The notes: generated by a model from the sequence alone, not told the origin. A DNA stretch of 43,291 bases from Bacteroidales bacterium (GCA_035403765.1 DAONFU010000001.1:1-43291); one strand, 5' to 3'; counted from the stretch's first letter, positions 1-9,057 are shown. A program made the numbers and translations.

Positions 1-267
1 CTTGAAACACACAATCCGACTGACAAAAATGAAATGACAGAACAGATTGAAAAAATTAAAGGTATTTTGCTTGTCAAGAGAGACGGCCAGCTTGTAAGAG
101 GCAGTTGCTCTCAGTGGCAGGACAGTGCCTTGTATGACAGTGTCGTGCATGTTAAAACAGTTGTTCTTCCTAGAAAGTTTAGTGTTGAGCCACCGTCCGC
201 CGAGGCTGAAGCACACCGCCAAAACGTCACCAATAATATTACGACAGTTGTATATGAAAATACCTGA
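1..267 (+). CDS. hypothetical protein, possibly 5'-truncated by the window edge
   Basis: The frame is open from nt 1 (no stop before the ATG at 34) to TGA at 265-267. It overlaps the ATG of the next ORF by 14 nt. No recognisable motif. Confidence 0.3.
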   Translation, partial: LETHNPTDKNEMTEQIEKIKGILLVKRDGQLVRGSCSQWQDSALYDSVVHVKTVVLPRKFSVEPPSAEAEAHRQNVTNNITTVVYENT

Positions 268-1108
268 CGACATAGAAGCAAATTTCATACTACGGAACAA
301 CACTCCGGTGGACGACTTTTTGGGACTAACACCGACAGAAATTCATCATTTACTTTACGACACTTTTGGCGACAAATCCCCTGTTCAATTTCGTAACGAC
401 ATTGATGAGAAAACACTTGACCAAATTCCGCTTTTTAGAATAGTTGAAGAATATCTAAAAATCATTCAGCGTGACAAACATATCAAGTTGACACCACTCG
501 GAGCATTGCCGAAAAAAGTAATGGCTGAACTTTACGATAAAAGATTTTTGCTTGAAGAACTTGTAGAGAACGGCATATCAAAACTTTGGCGAGAAGAAGA
601 CAGTGTTTCCATCAGAAGTGCGAGACTGACAGCAGAACTTGCAGGACTTGTGAAAAAAGTGTCAGGCAAACTAACATTGACAAAGACTGCAACAAAACTC
701 CTTGAGACAAACAACCGCTTACAAATATTCAGACAGTTTTTTCAAGCGTTTACAAACAAATTTCTTTGGAGTTATAATGACGGCTATCCTGAGCAACCAA
801 TCGGACAACTCGGTTGGGCATTTTCACTTATTATGCTTGACAAATTTGGCGACCAACCGAAGACAGTAGACTTCTATGCAAAAAAGTATTTGACAGCATT
901 TCCAATGTTTCTAAAGTTTTTCAGACCCGACTATTCAACTCCTGAAGAACAGTTTTATAGATGTTATGGCGTTCGGACTTTTGACAGGTTTTTTCTATGG
1001 TTTGGTTTTGTAACAGTTGACAAACAGAAAAAATATTTAGATTTAGAAACTGATAAATTTAAACGAACAGACTTGGTGAAAAGTATTTTCAAAATTGACG
1101 ACCAATGA
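254..1108 (+). CDS. hypothetical protein (284 aa from ATG 254)
   Basis: Long ORF. The part of track ORF 125..1108 upstream of ATG 254 overlaps the preceding ORF and reads implausibly (MPCMTVSCML...). No domain recognised by eye. Confidence 0.55.
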   Translation: MKIPDDIEANFILRNNTPVDDFLGLTPTEIHHLLYDTFGDKSPVQFRNDIDEKTLDQIPLFRIVEEYLKIIQRDKHIKLTPLGALPKKVMAELYDKRFLLEELVENGISKLWREEDSVSIRSARLTAELAGLVKKVSGKLTLTKTATKLLETNNRLQIFRQFFQAFTNKFLWSYNDGYPEQPIGQLGWAFSLIMLDKFGDQPKTVDFYAKKYLTAFPMFLKFFRPDYSTPEEQFYRCYGVRTFDRFFLWFGFVTVDKQKKYLDLETDKFKRTDLVKSIFKIDDQ

Positions 1109-1291
1109 CAACAGACAGAGAAAGAATTACAGCCACTAACACATAGAGTGATAGCCGAAAAGCCCCTCTGCCGCCTTTCGATTGAAACAGCAGGCCCCAA
1201 CATCAACTTAATTTCTAACATGTAATTATTGACAATAAATATTTGGTGTTTGTTTTAATTATCGCAATCCGATACTTTTGTACCCTAAAGT

Positions 1292-2257
1292 ATGGGAATG
1301 AAAAACGTAAAAGTATTTAATGGCTTAATTGGGTTCGAGAAGAAGGTTAAAAGGTGCAACTGGCTCTATTCATTTATCGTTTGTGCATGTTTTTTGCCGT
1401 TTGTGTCTCCGGCCATTGCATTATGCATTGGGTTAGTGCTTTCAATTATCGGAATAAGACATGAAAATATCCACAAGTACACGTCAAAAATCCTTCAGGC
1501 TTCCATTGTTTTAATGGGTTTTGGAATGAGTTTGAGTGCTGTAATTTCAGCCTCAAAAAGCGGTTTTTTTGTAACCATAGTATCTGTAATTATAGTGATG
1601 ACACTTGGTATCTTGCTTGGAAAACTCCTTAAGGTGGAGAAAAATATCTCACTCCTTATTTCTTCCGGAACAGCAATTTGTGGAGGAAGTGCCATTGCCG
1701 CAATTGCCCCAATTCTTAATAGTAAAAGCTATCAAACTTCATTTGCACTTATCGTGGTTTTTGTGCTAAATGCTGTTGCACTGTTTTTATTCCCATTTAT
1801 CGGGCATAAATTAGGGCTCAGTCAGGAAACATTTGGAAACTGGGCTGCCATAGCCATTCACGACACCAGTTCGGTGGTTGGTGCAGGGGCAATTTACGGC
1901 GAAAAAGCATTGCAGGTGGCTACCACTGTAAAACTTATCCGGGCTTTGTGGATTATCCCATTATCATTGGTGATTGCATTTATGAATAAAGGCGGTGAAA
2001 AAAAATCAATTAAATTCCCCTGGTTTATTTTGTTTTTCGTGCTTGCCATTGTATTTGCCAATATATTCCCCGACTATAAAACAAGTTACGAACATTTTAG
2101 CTGGTTAGGCAAACGCGGGATGGTAATTGCATTGTTCCTGATTGGCTCAAATATCACCATAAGTGACATAAAAAAAACAGGCCCAAAAAGTTTTGCATTC
2201 GGAATTATTTTATGGGCTGTGATTGCTATTGGCTCATTGTTTTTTTTAACACGATAA
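1292..2257 (+). CDS. YeiH/UPF0324 family putative sulfate exporter-type membrane protein
   Basis: Polytopic 321-aa protein with segments typical of the family (SSGTAICGGSAIAAIAP, WAAIAIHDTSSVVGAG). Confidence 0.8.
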   Translation: MGMKNVKVFNGLIGFEKKVKRCNWLYSFIVCACFLPFVSPAIALCIGLVLSIIGIRHENIHKYTSKILQASIVLMGFGMSLSAVISASKSGFFVTIVSVIIVMTLGILLGKLLKVEKNISLLISSGTAICGGSAIAAIAPILNSKSYQTSFALIVVFVLNAVALFLFPFIGHKLGLSQETFGNWAAIAIHDTSSVVGAGAIYGEKALQVATTVKLIRALWIIPLSLVIAFMNKGGEKKSIKFPWFILFFVLAIVFANIFPDYKTSYEHFSWLGKRGMVIALFLIGSNITISDIKKTGPKSFAFGIILWAVIAIGSLFFLTR

Positions 2258-2284
2258 GCGATGTCAAAAACTTAGGCAGTATTA

Positions 2285-2640
2285 ATTATTACATTTTTCG
2301 AGCCTAATAAAAGGGATTACGGGCTTAGGTTTTACCCTTGTTACATTTGCACTGCTCCTAATATGTTATGCGCCAAAAGAAATTATTCCAATTTTAATGA
2401 TTTATAACCTGATTGCTTCGGTGATGCTTGTTCTGTAAAAAAAGAAAATTAACCCCTCGACAAACAATTATTTTATTTGATTTCTACCGGTGGTTTTTCT
2501 GCGATTGCCGGAGTTTTTGCATTAAGTTCAACTGATGGAAAATGGTTAATTGGCTTTTTAGGATTACTTTTTATTGTTCTTACAATCTATTCATTGGCAA
2601 GGAATCAGCACTATCGCTACAAACAAATTTTTAATCGCAA
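2285..2640 (+). pseudogene. degraded remnant of a TauE/SafE-like membrane transporter gene
   Basis: Two hydrophobic fragments in different frames: KGITGLGFTLVTFALLLICYAPKEIIPILMIYNLIASVMLVL* and ISTGGFSAIAGVFALSSTDGKWLIGFLGLLFIVLTIYSL. They resemble TauE/SafE transmembrane segments. Stops interrupt them and there is no full-length ORF. Confidence 0.35.
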
Positions 2641-2646
2641 CCTTTG

Positions 2647-5307
2647 TTATTCCAAGTGTTTCAACATTTTTACAAGCTGCTCGCCCCTGCCAATTTTATA
2701 ACCACACGAAAAATCAAGGATTTGGCCGTTTTTGTCAACAACTACAAAAACCGGATAGTTGTTTTTAAACGAATACTTCAGATTTTTTTCGGCATGTGTA
2801 AGAAGACCGTATTTGTCCATCCCGAAAACCGACTGTGCGGGCAGGCCCGGAAATGTGGATTCATTTAGGACATTGCCGGTTTTTTCTTCGGGCAACAAGA
2901 ACAGTAGGCTGCCTCCCCATTGTTCAAATGCACTGCGAAGCATCTTGAAATCAGCCATAGTGTGTTTGGTGGGCTCGCGGTCGGGGTCGAGCCAGCCGAT
3001 AATGAGGCCTTTCTGATTACCCAGCTTTTCCAGGGTTTCGGTATTTATACCGGAGAAATTTTCAAAAACACTGCTAAGTGGCAAATAGCCCAAACTTTGC
3101 GGTTTTTCTTCCTGCTGAACAAAGTTTAGTTCTATGGATTTTTGTTCGCGCAAGCCAAGTTGAAAAAAATGCAGGTTTGTATTCACACTACCGTCTTTGT
3201 TGCGTATGCCCGTAACCACCATATAATAACCGGCATCCAGAGCAAGCGTGGCGGGAAACACATCGAACAAAGGGCTTTCTTCATAATCAAGAGAACGGTA
3301 AACCCCATTTTCAAAACGAGCTATGGTAAAATGCGTGTAATACAGCGGCTTGAAGTCAATGGCCGAATTATCCACAGTGAGTGTCAGATCTGCCTTAGGA
3401 TTGCTTACAATGTCGTTTTTTTCAAAATACACCTGGTTCCACTGGTTGTTGAAAATATATTCCGGGCATTTGGTGGCGGAGTTTATCCGTGCAGGGATGC
3501 CGAAACTGCGGCAAAGCGCCACAAAATAGATATCGCGCGAGACCGCATCAGCCATTTTCAACTGGTGGGTACCCGAGGGTTTAAGAGGATTCCTGGAATA
3601 ATTGGCGGTGGCTGAAACAGCGATGTTTTCTTTTACATAACTCGCAACTAATGCAGGATCGGTCTGCATTTCCGCGATGGTGTTTTTTTCAAATTCCTGT
3701 TGAAAGTATTTTTTATAAGCGGACAATAGTTCTCCTGATATCCGCGGGTTCAGCACATAGCTGTAGTATTGATCAGAAGTTATATTATTCGCCCGGGCAA
3801 ACGTCGTATCAGAATGTTGCAGATGGTTAAGAAGAACTTCGTGCGGGGTGTCGCGCAGGTCTTTTTCCGAGATGCCGCCAAGTATTTGTAGGGTGTAGGT
3901 TTTATTGAGGGCTGCTCCTGCCTGAATAAATGTCATGATTTCCTTCCAGTTGCCACGGCTTTGCTTCAAAAAAAACCATACCGAATCGGTGTTGAGCCGG
4001 AGACTTTGTGCAAAGCGGCAACTTGTAACAGAATCGATAAATCCGGCTTCGAAAGCGGCCCTGATTTTATCCTCCTTTTGCAGGCGTTTTTCATTCTCTT
4101 TTTTCCCTTTTGCTTCGGCCACATTGGGTTGCCTTTCTATAGGAGGCACCAGAGTAAAATTCAATACATCGTTTTCAACAGCGGATTTATCCAGTACAAC
4201 AACAGCGGTATCAGTATTTCCTACGGTAACTTTTGCATAGCCGAAGGTTTCATCTTTATATGCCCAGATTAGCAGATCGCCCAGGCCAGTTGTCAGAAAG
4301 GCAAGGCCCTGGTCATCGGTGTTTTTTTTGGCCAGCGGATAAAACTCCGCATAGTTGTAAAGCTGAAACTCCACCATAGCATCGGCAACAACGCGGAAAT
4401 TCTTATCCAAGGTTTTCACAAACAGTTTCTTTGCAGGGGCATAGTTTTCTATCAGATTAATCTGAGTGAAATGTTCTTCACTTTTAAGAGCTTCTTCGGC
4501 TGATTGGTATTTTCCATAAACGGTGGTGTTGCACAGCATGGCTCTCAGCACGGGGGCCGCAAACCAGGCAATATCCAGTTCGGGCTCGGGTTCGCAGGCA
4601 CCGAGGAAATGCCATTTCCCATCCACCCACACTTCTACCCAGGCGTGGTTATCGTCGCAATGTGCCCAACGCGGGGTGTACACCTGCCTTGCCGGTATGC
4701 CTACTGCGCGAAAAGCTGTTACCGCCAGCGTGGATTCTTCGCCGCAGCGACCGTAGGCCGTCCGTATAGTGCTCAGAGGTGCGCTGGTGCGGCCATCGGT
4801 GGGCTTATAGCTCACTTTCTCGTGGCACCAGTGGTTTACTTCCAAGGCGGCATCATGCATGGACAGTTTTTTTATTCTGTCTTTCAGTTCGTAGAAAATT
4901 ACAGTGCGTGCCGAATCGAGGTTTTCGTTGTTGACACGATAAGGCAGCACAAAATGCCTGAAAATGTCTTCGGGAATTTTTTCTCCCCAGCTAAACGTCT
5001 TTTTGGCCAGCAGCGACATGCGTATCTGCTCCAGGAAAAATTGTCCGTCATAATCGGCCAGATCACTCAAGGGCATGTAAGCATAAAGGAATTTCAAGGC
5101 TTCCTCTTCTTCCAGCGACAGGTCATTATTAAAAACAGCAAACAATTGCTCGGCCCTGCCCCTGCTAGTCAGTTTTTGTTTGTCAAAATCGTTTTCCACC
5201 TGCCCCCGGTATGCGGTATCATGAATAAAATGCCGCGACCTGTCCTGCGCCATTACCAAGAGGACACAAAACAAGGCAGCCACGGATAGCAGTATTTTTT
5301 TTCCCAT
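2647..5307 (-). CDS. secreted transglutaminase-like protein with a second degenerate transglutaminase-like repeat and a C-terminal thioredoxin-fold (TlpA-like) domain lacking CxxC
   Basis: Signal peptide MGKKILLSVAALFCVLLVMAQ. Core motif YGRCGEESTLAVTAFRAVGIPAR...NHAWVEVWVDGKW, with the Cys codon at 4744-4746. Second copy is DAVSRDIYFVALCRSFGIPAR. C-terminus reads KGLIIGWLDPDREPTKH...YPVFVVVDKNGQIL. Confidence 0.85.
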   Translation of the reverse strand: MGKKILLSVAALFCVLLVMAQDRSRHFIHDTAYRGQVENDFDKQKLTSRGRAEQLFAVFNNDLSLEEEEALKFLYAYMPLSDLADYDGQFFLEQIRMSLLAKKTFSWGEKIPEDIFRHFVLPYRVNNENLDSARTVIFYELKDRIKKLSMHDAALEVNHWCHEKVSYKPTDGRTSAPLSTIRTAYGRCGEESTLAVTAFRAVGIPARQVYTPRWAHCDDNHAWVEVWVDGKWHFLGACEPEPELDIAWFAAPVLRAMLCNTTVYGKYQSAEEALKSEEHFTQINLIENYAPAKKLFVKTLDKNFRVVADAMVEFQLYNYAEFYPLAKKNTDDQGLAFLTTGLGDLLIWAYKDETFGYAKVTVGNTDTAVVVLDKSAVENDVLNFTLVPPIERQPNVAEAKGKKENEKRLQKEDKIRAAFEAGFIDSVTSCRFAQSLRLNTDSVWFFLKQSRGNWKEIMTFIQAGAALNKTYTLQILGGISEKDLRDTPHEVLLNHLQHSDTTFARANNITSDQYYSYVLNPRISGELLSAYKKYFQQEFEKNTIAEMQTDPALVASYVKENIAVSATANYSRNPLKPSGTHQLKMADAVSRDIYFVALCRSFGIPARINSATKCPEYIFNNQWNQVYFEKNDIVSNPKADLTLTVDNSAIDFKPLYYTHFTIARFENGVYRSLDYEESPLFDVFPATLALDAGYYMVVTGIRNKDGSVNTNLHFFQLGLREQKSIELNFVQQEEKPQSLGYLPLSSVFENFSGINTETLEKLGNQKGLIIGWLDPDREPTKHTMADFKMLRSAFEQWGGSLLFLLPEEKTGNVLNESTFPGLPAQSVFGMDKYGLLTHAEKNLKYSFKNNYPVFVVVDKNGQILDFSCGYKIGRGEQLVKMLKHLE

Positions 5308-5315
5308 AGTTTAAA

Positions 5316-6050
5316 CTAAACTGTATTAATAGAATCGAGCATTTTTCTGATAGTAGCGGCATCGGCCACTGTGTGGCTATAGCCCAGATCAAAAGAAGAA
5401 AACCTGATGAGCCAGGTCATCTTACTGTTTAATGAAACCGAGCAGGAAGCGTGAATTTCTTTGACACCGGTATCGGATACTATTTCAGCAGCATTTTGTG
5501 GATTTATGCCACCACCGGCCATTATGGCTATCCTTCCGTTGGCCTGCTCAACCAGTTTCCTGATGGTTTGTTTGCCGTTCACAGCTTTTTCAGAAAGTCC
5601 TGAGGTCAGGATGCGGGTGGCGCCGGTTTTTATGACATCTTCCAGCGCTGAGCTGGAACTCATAACCCTGTCGAAAGCCCTGTGAAATGTTACTTGCATA
5701 GGTTTTGCAAGGCTTACCAGCTCGGAACACCTCTTCACATCTATTTCGGCATCCGCGTTTAATATTCCTAACACGACACCCGCAGCCCCACGGTTTTTGG
5801 CGTAGATAATATCTTCTTTCATCACCTCAAATTCTTCGCGGCTGTAAAGAAAATCACCGGCACGGGGCCGGATTAGCACAAAAACAGGTATATCGAGGGT
5901 TTTCAACACTGATTTTATCGTACCTGCCGAGGGTGTGAGGCCTCCGGAGTTCAGGCTTGAACAGAGTTCAATACGATGGGCGCCTGCTTTCTGGGCAGCC
6001 AGGGCCGAAGAAAATGAATTGGCGCAGACTTCAACAATAATTTTCGACAT
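5316..6050 (-). CDS. cutC: copper homeostasis protein CutC
   Basis: N-terminus VEVCANSFSSALAAQKAGAHRIELCSSLNSGGLTPS and a 244-aa length are typical of CutC. Confidence 0.9.
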   Translation of the reverse strand: MSKIIVEVCANSFSSALAAQKAGAHRIELCSSLNSGGLTPSAGTIKSVLKTLDIPVFVLIRPRAGDFLYSREEFEVMKEDIIYAKNRGAAGVVLGILNADAEIDVKRCSELVSLAKPMQVTFHRAFDRVMSSSSALEDVIKTGATRILTSGLSEKAVNGKQTIRKLVEQANGRIAIMAGGGINPQNAAEIVSDTGVKEIHASCSVSLNSKMTWLIRFSSFDLGYSHTVADAATIRKMLDSINTV

Positions 6051-6104
6051 AGTATATTAGTTATATGGTTTGAAGATAAACGGTATTACTGGCAAAAAGA
6101 ACGA

Positions 6105-7508
6105 TTATTTTTTATTCTGATTTGCCGTGATGATATCCATGATATCCGAAAAGCCTTTTTTTTCTTTGAATTTGAGAAAAACAGTGTCGTTATCCACGCG
6201 TGTTCTTTCGGCAAAACCCAGCGATGCGGCCCTTTTGAGATGTTCCATGGTTTTTAAAGCATCTTTTTTTCGGGCAGACAATTGTGCCATCATAAAGGCT
6301 GGTTCAGGATTATCGGTGTCGATGATGGAATAGATTTCAATGTAATGCTCCGCATCAACAAAATTGTTTTGTTTGTACAGCGAATTGCTTGCAGAATATG
6401 CTGACAAGCTAAGGTATTCAAGCACTCTTTTTACAATATGCTTTTCATCTTCATTTGGCGACATGGCAATAAATTTGTTCAGGTAGGCCACTTCATTTTT
6501 CCACCAGGCAGCACTTTCGGTATTTATTTTAGGGGCGTACTTCTGCTGCATGGCAAGTTCTTTTTTCAGATTCAGTAATGAGTTGTCGATTTCGTTTTTT
6601 ACCGCAGCATTGTCCTGAAGTGTTTTCAGCGACTCTTCCAGTTCCGCAATATTAGTTAATCCGTTAAAATAGGTAAGCATCTTTTTTGTCAGCAAATATT
6701 CTTTGTATTTGTTGCCGGATTTTTTTATTTCGTCGAGTTGCAAGGAGTACTCCGACAGTTTTTTGTTAATATAGTCTTTATCTTCAGGTTTTTTCTTGTC
6801 TCTCATGGCATGAAGCTCCATCCAGGTAAAAGCTTCGGAAAGCACTTCTTTCGGAGGCCAGGCATGTGTTCCATCAAAAACAACCAGTTGGTGGCGGATA
6901 TTGTTTTTTTCGAGAGCGCCATCAAGGTTGACCATTTCCGCATAATTCATATCGTCCTTGCCGGCAAATCCTATATAATCAAATTTGGTTTTGATCGCTT
7001 CTTTTAGCTGCGGCAAGCCTGCCGAACAGCCTATCACACTAGAAATTCCTCCTTTGAGGATGGCAATGGAACTGGCCACCCGCGAACCTCCCGAAAAGCC
7101 GCAGGTGTATATCCTTGAAGAATCCACCTCCAACCGTTCCGACGCGTCGGTGAGCATTACATCATAATGGTCGGCAATGACATCCCAGGCCAGGCCGTTT
7201 TTCGACACATTCGATCCTATCAGGATATATCCCAGTTTTTCGGCATCATCCCTGAGTATCTCCAAGGGCAAAATCCCATTTCCCGACGGGTCGAAACAAA
7301 ATATCACCGGATATTTTTTGTCCTCCGAATAGGTGGAAGGAATAAAGGCCGCATAAGACTGTGTGCGGTTTTTCAGGCATTTTACTTTAGTAATTATCTT
7401 ACCTTTCTCGAGTGCCTGTTCCTCTGCCTGATTGTTTTTTTTGTTTCCCGCACACGAAAACATCAGGATACTCATAACAACCATTGCATAAATCAAGAAA
7501 TTTTTCAT
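6105..7508 (-). CDS. lipoprotein with alpha/beta-hydrolase (esterase-like) N-terminal domain and helical C-terminal region
   Basis: First ATG gives MKNFLIYAMVVMSILMFSCAG, a lipobox-like signal. A GxSxG nucleophile elbow (GFSGGS) is present. The track start at 7541 adds an implausible 11 aa. Confidence 0.7.
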   Translation of the reverse strand: MKNFLIYAMVVMSILMFSCAGNKKNNQAEEQALEKGKIITKVKCLKNRTQSYAAFIPSTYSEDKKYPVIFCFDPSGNGILPLEILRDDAEKLGYILIGSNVSKNGLAWDVIADHYDVMLTDASERLEVDSSRIYTCGFSGGSRVASSIAILKGGISSVIGCSAGLPQLKEAIKTKFDYIGFAGKDDMNYAEMVNLDGALEKNNIRHQLVVFDGTHAWPPKEVLSEAFTWMELHAMRDKKKPEDKDYINKKLSEYSLQLDEIKKSGNKYKEYLLTKKMLTYFNGLTNIAELEESLKTLQDNAAVKNEIDNSLLNLKKELAMQQKYAPKINTESAAWWKNEVAYLNKFIAMSPNEDEKHIVKRVLEYLSLSAYSASNSLYKQNNFVDAEHYIEIYSIIDTDNPEPAFMMAQLSARKKDALKTMEHLKRAASLGFAERTRVDNDTVFLKFKEKKGFSDIMDIITANQNKK

Positions 7509-7588
7509 GGCTAATATTATTATAAAACAAAAATAAACCAAAAGTTTATGAGTTGTTGTAAAGCTAAATATTATTTTTGTACAATCTT

Positions 7589-8332
7589 ATGAAAGCGCTC
7601 AAAACAAATATTGCCAACATCGTTACAAGCATGAACCTGCTTTGCGGCAGTCTGGCGATTTATTTTCTCTTCAGGGATGAGCTCATGCTGGCTGTTTATT
7701 TTATTCTGGCCGCGGCCGTTTTTGATTTTGCGGATGGTTTTGTTGCCCGTCTGCTCAAGGTAAAATCGGAGTTGGGCAAGCAGCTCGACTCGCTCTCTGA
7801 TGTTATCTCTTTCGGCTTGGCTCCTGGCGTGGCGATGTTTTTGCTGCTGGAACGGGGGCTTGAGTTCTGGCCGACGGGTTTGCCGGGCCAGGCAGCATTT
7901 TGTGCCTTTCTGATCCCCATATTCTCGGCTTGGCGGCTGGCAAAATTCAATATCGACGAACGGCAGACTGATCATTTTATCGGGTTACCAACCCCTGCCA
8001 ATGCCCTGCTGATTTTCGGCCTGGTGCCCCTAAGCCTTGGAGTGGGATTTCCTTCGTGGATGCCGTTACCCGTTGGCATACATTATTATATCATCCATCC
8101 AGCCTTGCTCATTCCTATTACGCTGGTTTTTTCTTACCTGCTGGTATCGCACCTTCCGCTAATTGCCATGAAATTTAAAACTTTCGCATGGAAAGAAAAC
8201 CGCATCCGTTATATTTTCCTTCTGTTGTCGCTGTTGGCAGTTTTGCTGTTTTACTTTGCTGCTGTGCCTCTAATTATATTTTTGTATATTATTTTGTCGA
8301 TAATTGATTTATTTATAAAAAGAAAAAAATAA
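7589..8332 (+). CDS. pssA: CDP-diacylglycerol--serine O-phosphatidyltransferase (CDP-alcohol phosphatidyltransferase family)
   Basis: Motif DFADGFVARLLKVKSELGKQLDSLSDVISFG matches DG(x)2AR(x)8G(x)3D(x)3D. The track start at 7577 is TTG; the first ATG is at 7589. Confidence 0.85.
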   Translation: MKALKTNIANIVTSMNLLCGSLAIYFLFRDELMLAVYFILAAAVFDFADGFVARLLKVKSELGKQLDSLSDVISFGLAPGVAMFLLLERGLEFWPTGLPGQAAFCAFLIPIFSAWRLAKFNIDERQTDHFIGLPTPANALLIFGLVPLSLGVGFPSWMPLPVGIHYYIIHPALLIPITLVFSYLLVSHLPLIAMKFKTFAWKENRIRYIFLLLSLLAVLLFYFAAVPLIIFLYIILSIIDLFIKRKK

Positions 8333-8337
8333 ACACC

Positions 8338-8592
8338 ATGAAATTTGTAGCAGAAATTAATATCATGCCATTAAAGGAATTGCTCGATCCTCAAGGCAAA
8401 GCCGTCATATCCGGACTTAAAAATATGGGCATCACCGAAATCACAGATGTGCGCATTGGAAAACACATCTCTGTAGAAATTGAAGCCAAAGACGAAAAAA
8501 CCGCCAGGACAAAGCTTGAAAAGGCCTGTAAGGAACTTTTATCCAACCCTATCATGGAAAGCTTTTCATACGAAATTAAAATTCAGAAATAA
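8338..8592 (+). CDS. purS: phosphoribosylformylglycinamidine synthase subunit PurS
   Basis: 84 aa. The pattern LLDPQGKAV...GLKNMGI...VRIGKHISVEIEA is typical of PurS. Confidence 0.9.
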   Translation: MKFVAEINIMPLKELLDPQGKAVISGLKNMGITEITDVRIGKHISVEIEAKDEKTARTKLEKACKELLSNPIMESFSYEIKIQK

Positions 8593-8606
8593 CAATAAAA
8601 CTTACT

Positions 8607-8954
8607 ATGAGAAATTCTTTAAAAATCAGCGTACTGATTTCAGTGATGCTTTTGTGCGTCGCAGGCGCTCAGGCTCAAAAAGTTTATTCCTGTGATTATA
8701 AAAGCGACGCCAAAGTAAAGGTTTATGTGGCCGACTATAAAAGCGATGCCGACCTGGTAGTTTACAAATGCTCCTATAAAAGTGACGCCGCCGGCAACCA
8801 GGGTTTATGGTATTTTTGTGATTATAAAAGCGATGCCGATGTTACCATATTTTTTTGCGACTATAAAAGTGATGCCGACATTGTTATCTATTTTGCTGAT
8901 TACAAAAGCGATGCGGGCTGGAAAAACAGCAGCAAAAAACACCTGTTGTACTAA
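8607..8954 (+). CDS. secreted repeat protein with six DYKSDA-type 13-aa repeats
   Basis: Signal peptide MRNSLKISVLISVMLLCVAGAQAQ, then six repeats of (D/S)YKSDA + beta-strand-like VxVY/IFF, ending in GWKNSSKKHLLY. Confidence 0.7.
   Translation: MRNSLKISVLISVMLLCVAGAQAQKVYSCDYKSDAKVKVYVADYKSDADLVVYKCSYKSDAAGNQGLWYFCDYKSDADVTIFFCDYKSDADIVIYFADYKSDAGWKNSSKKHLLY
8694..8915 (+). repeat. in-frame tandem repeat, 39-nt period (one 48-nt unit), inside CDS 8607..8954
   Basis: GAYTAYAAAAGYGAYGCS-like cores start at 8694, 8733, 8772, 8820, 8859 and 8898. Confidence 0.85.
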
Positions 8955-8978
8955 TATTAACATAAAAATGTTAGTAAA

Positions 8979-9009
8979 TTTGCTAATTGAAAAAAAATTA
9001 GTACATTTG
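8979..9009 (+). promoter_or_regulatory. candidate Bacteroides-type sigma-A promoter for rplM-rpsI
   Basis: TTTG (8979-8982), a 19-nt spacer, then TACATTTG (9002-9009). This matches the -33 TTTG / -7 TAnnTTTG consensus and lies 49 nt upstream of the rplM ATG. Confidence 0.45.
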
Positions 9010-9057
9010 CACCCCAATTTTGAGAGAAATAAGGTTTAGTTACTGTAATTCAAATAA

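Noticed and set aside
125-253. The N-terminal extension of track ORF 125..1108.
   Set aside because: It overlaps ORF 1..267 in another frame and translates to an implausible Cys/Leu-rich peptide. ATG 254 gives a tidy 14-nt overlap typical of coupled genes.
4504-5289. Long antisense ORFs inside well-supported genes. The 261-aa ORF at 4504..5289 lies opposite the transglutaminase gene. Similar cases are 36886..37644 (252 aa, opposite the S8 peptidase), 15529..16047, 27476..27988 and 40461..40982.
   Set aside because: Each lies entirely within a gene whose product has clear family motifs. Their translations are Arg/Gly/His/Phe-rich and low in complexity, with no motifs. They are typical shadow ORFs on the complement of coding DNA.
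8694-8915. Short-period repeat considered as a CRISPR-like or VNTR array.
   Set aside because: The repeats are in frame within a signal-peptide-bearing ORF. The period of 39 nt is divisible by 3. Variation is mostly synonymous or conservative, so this is a protein repeat.
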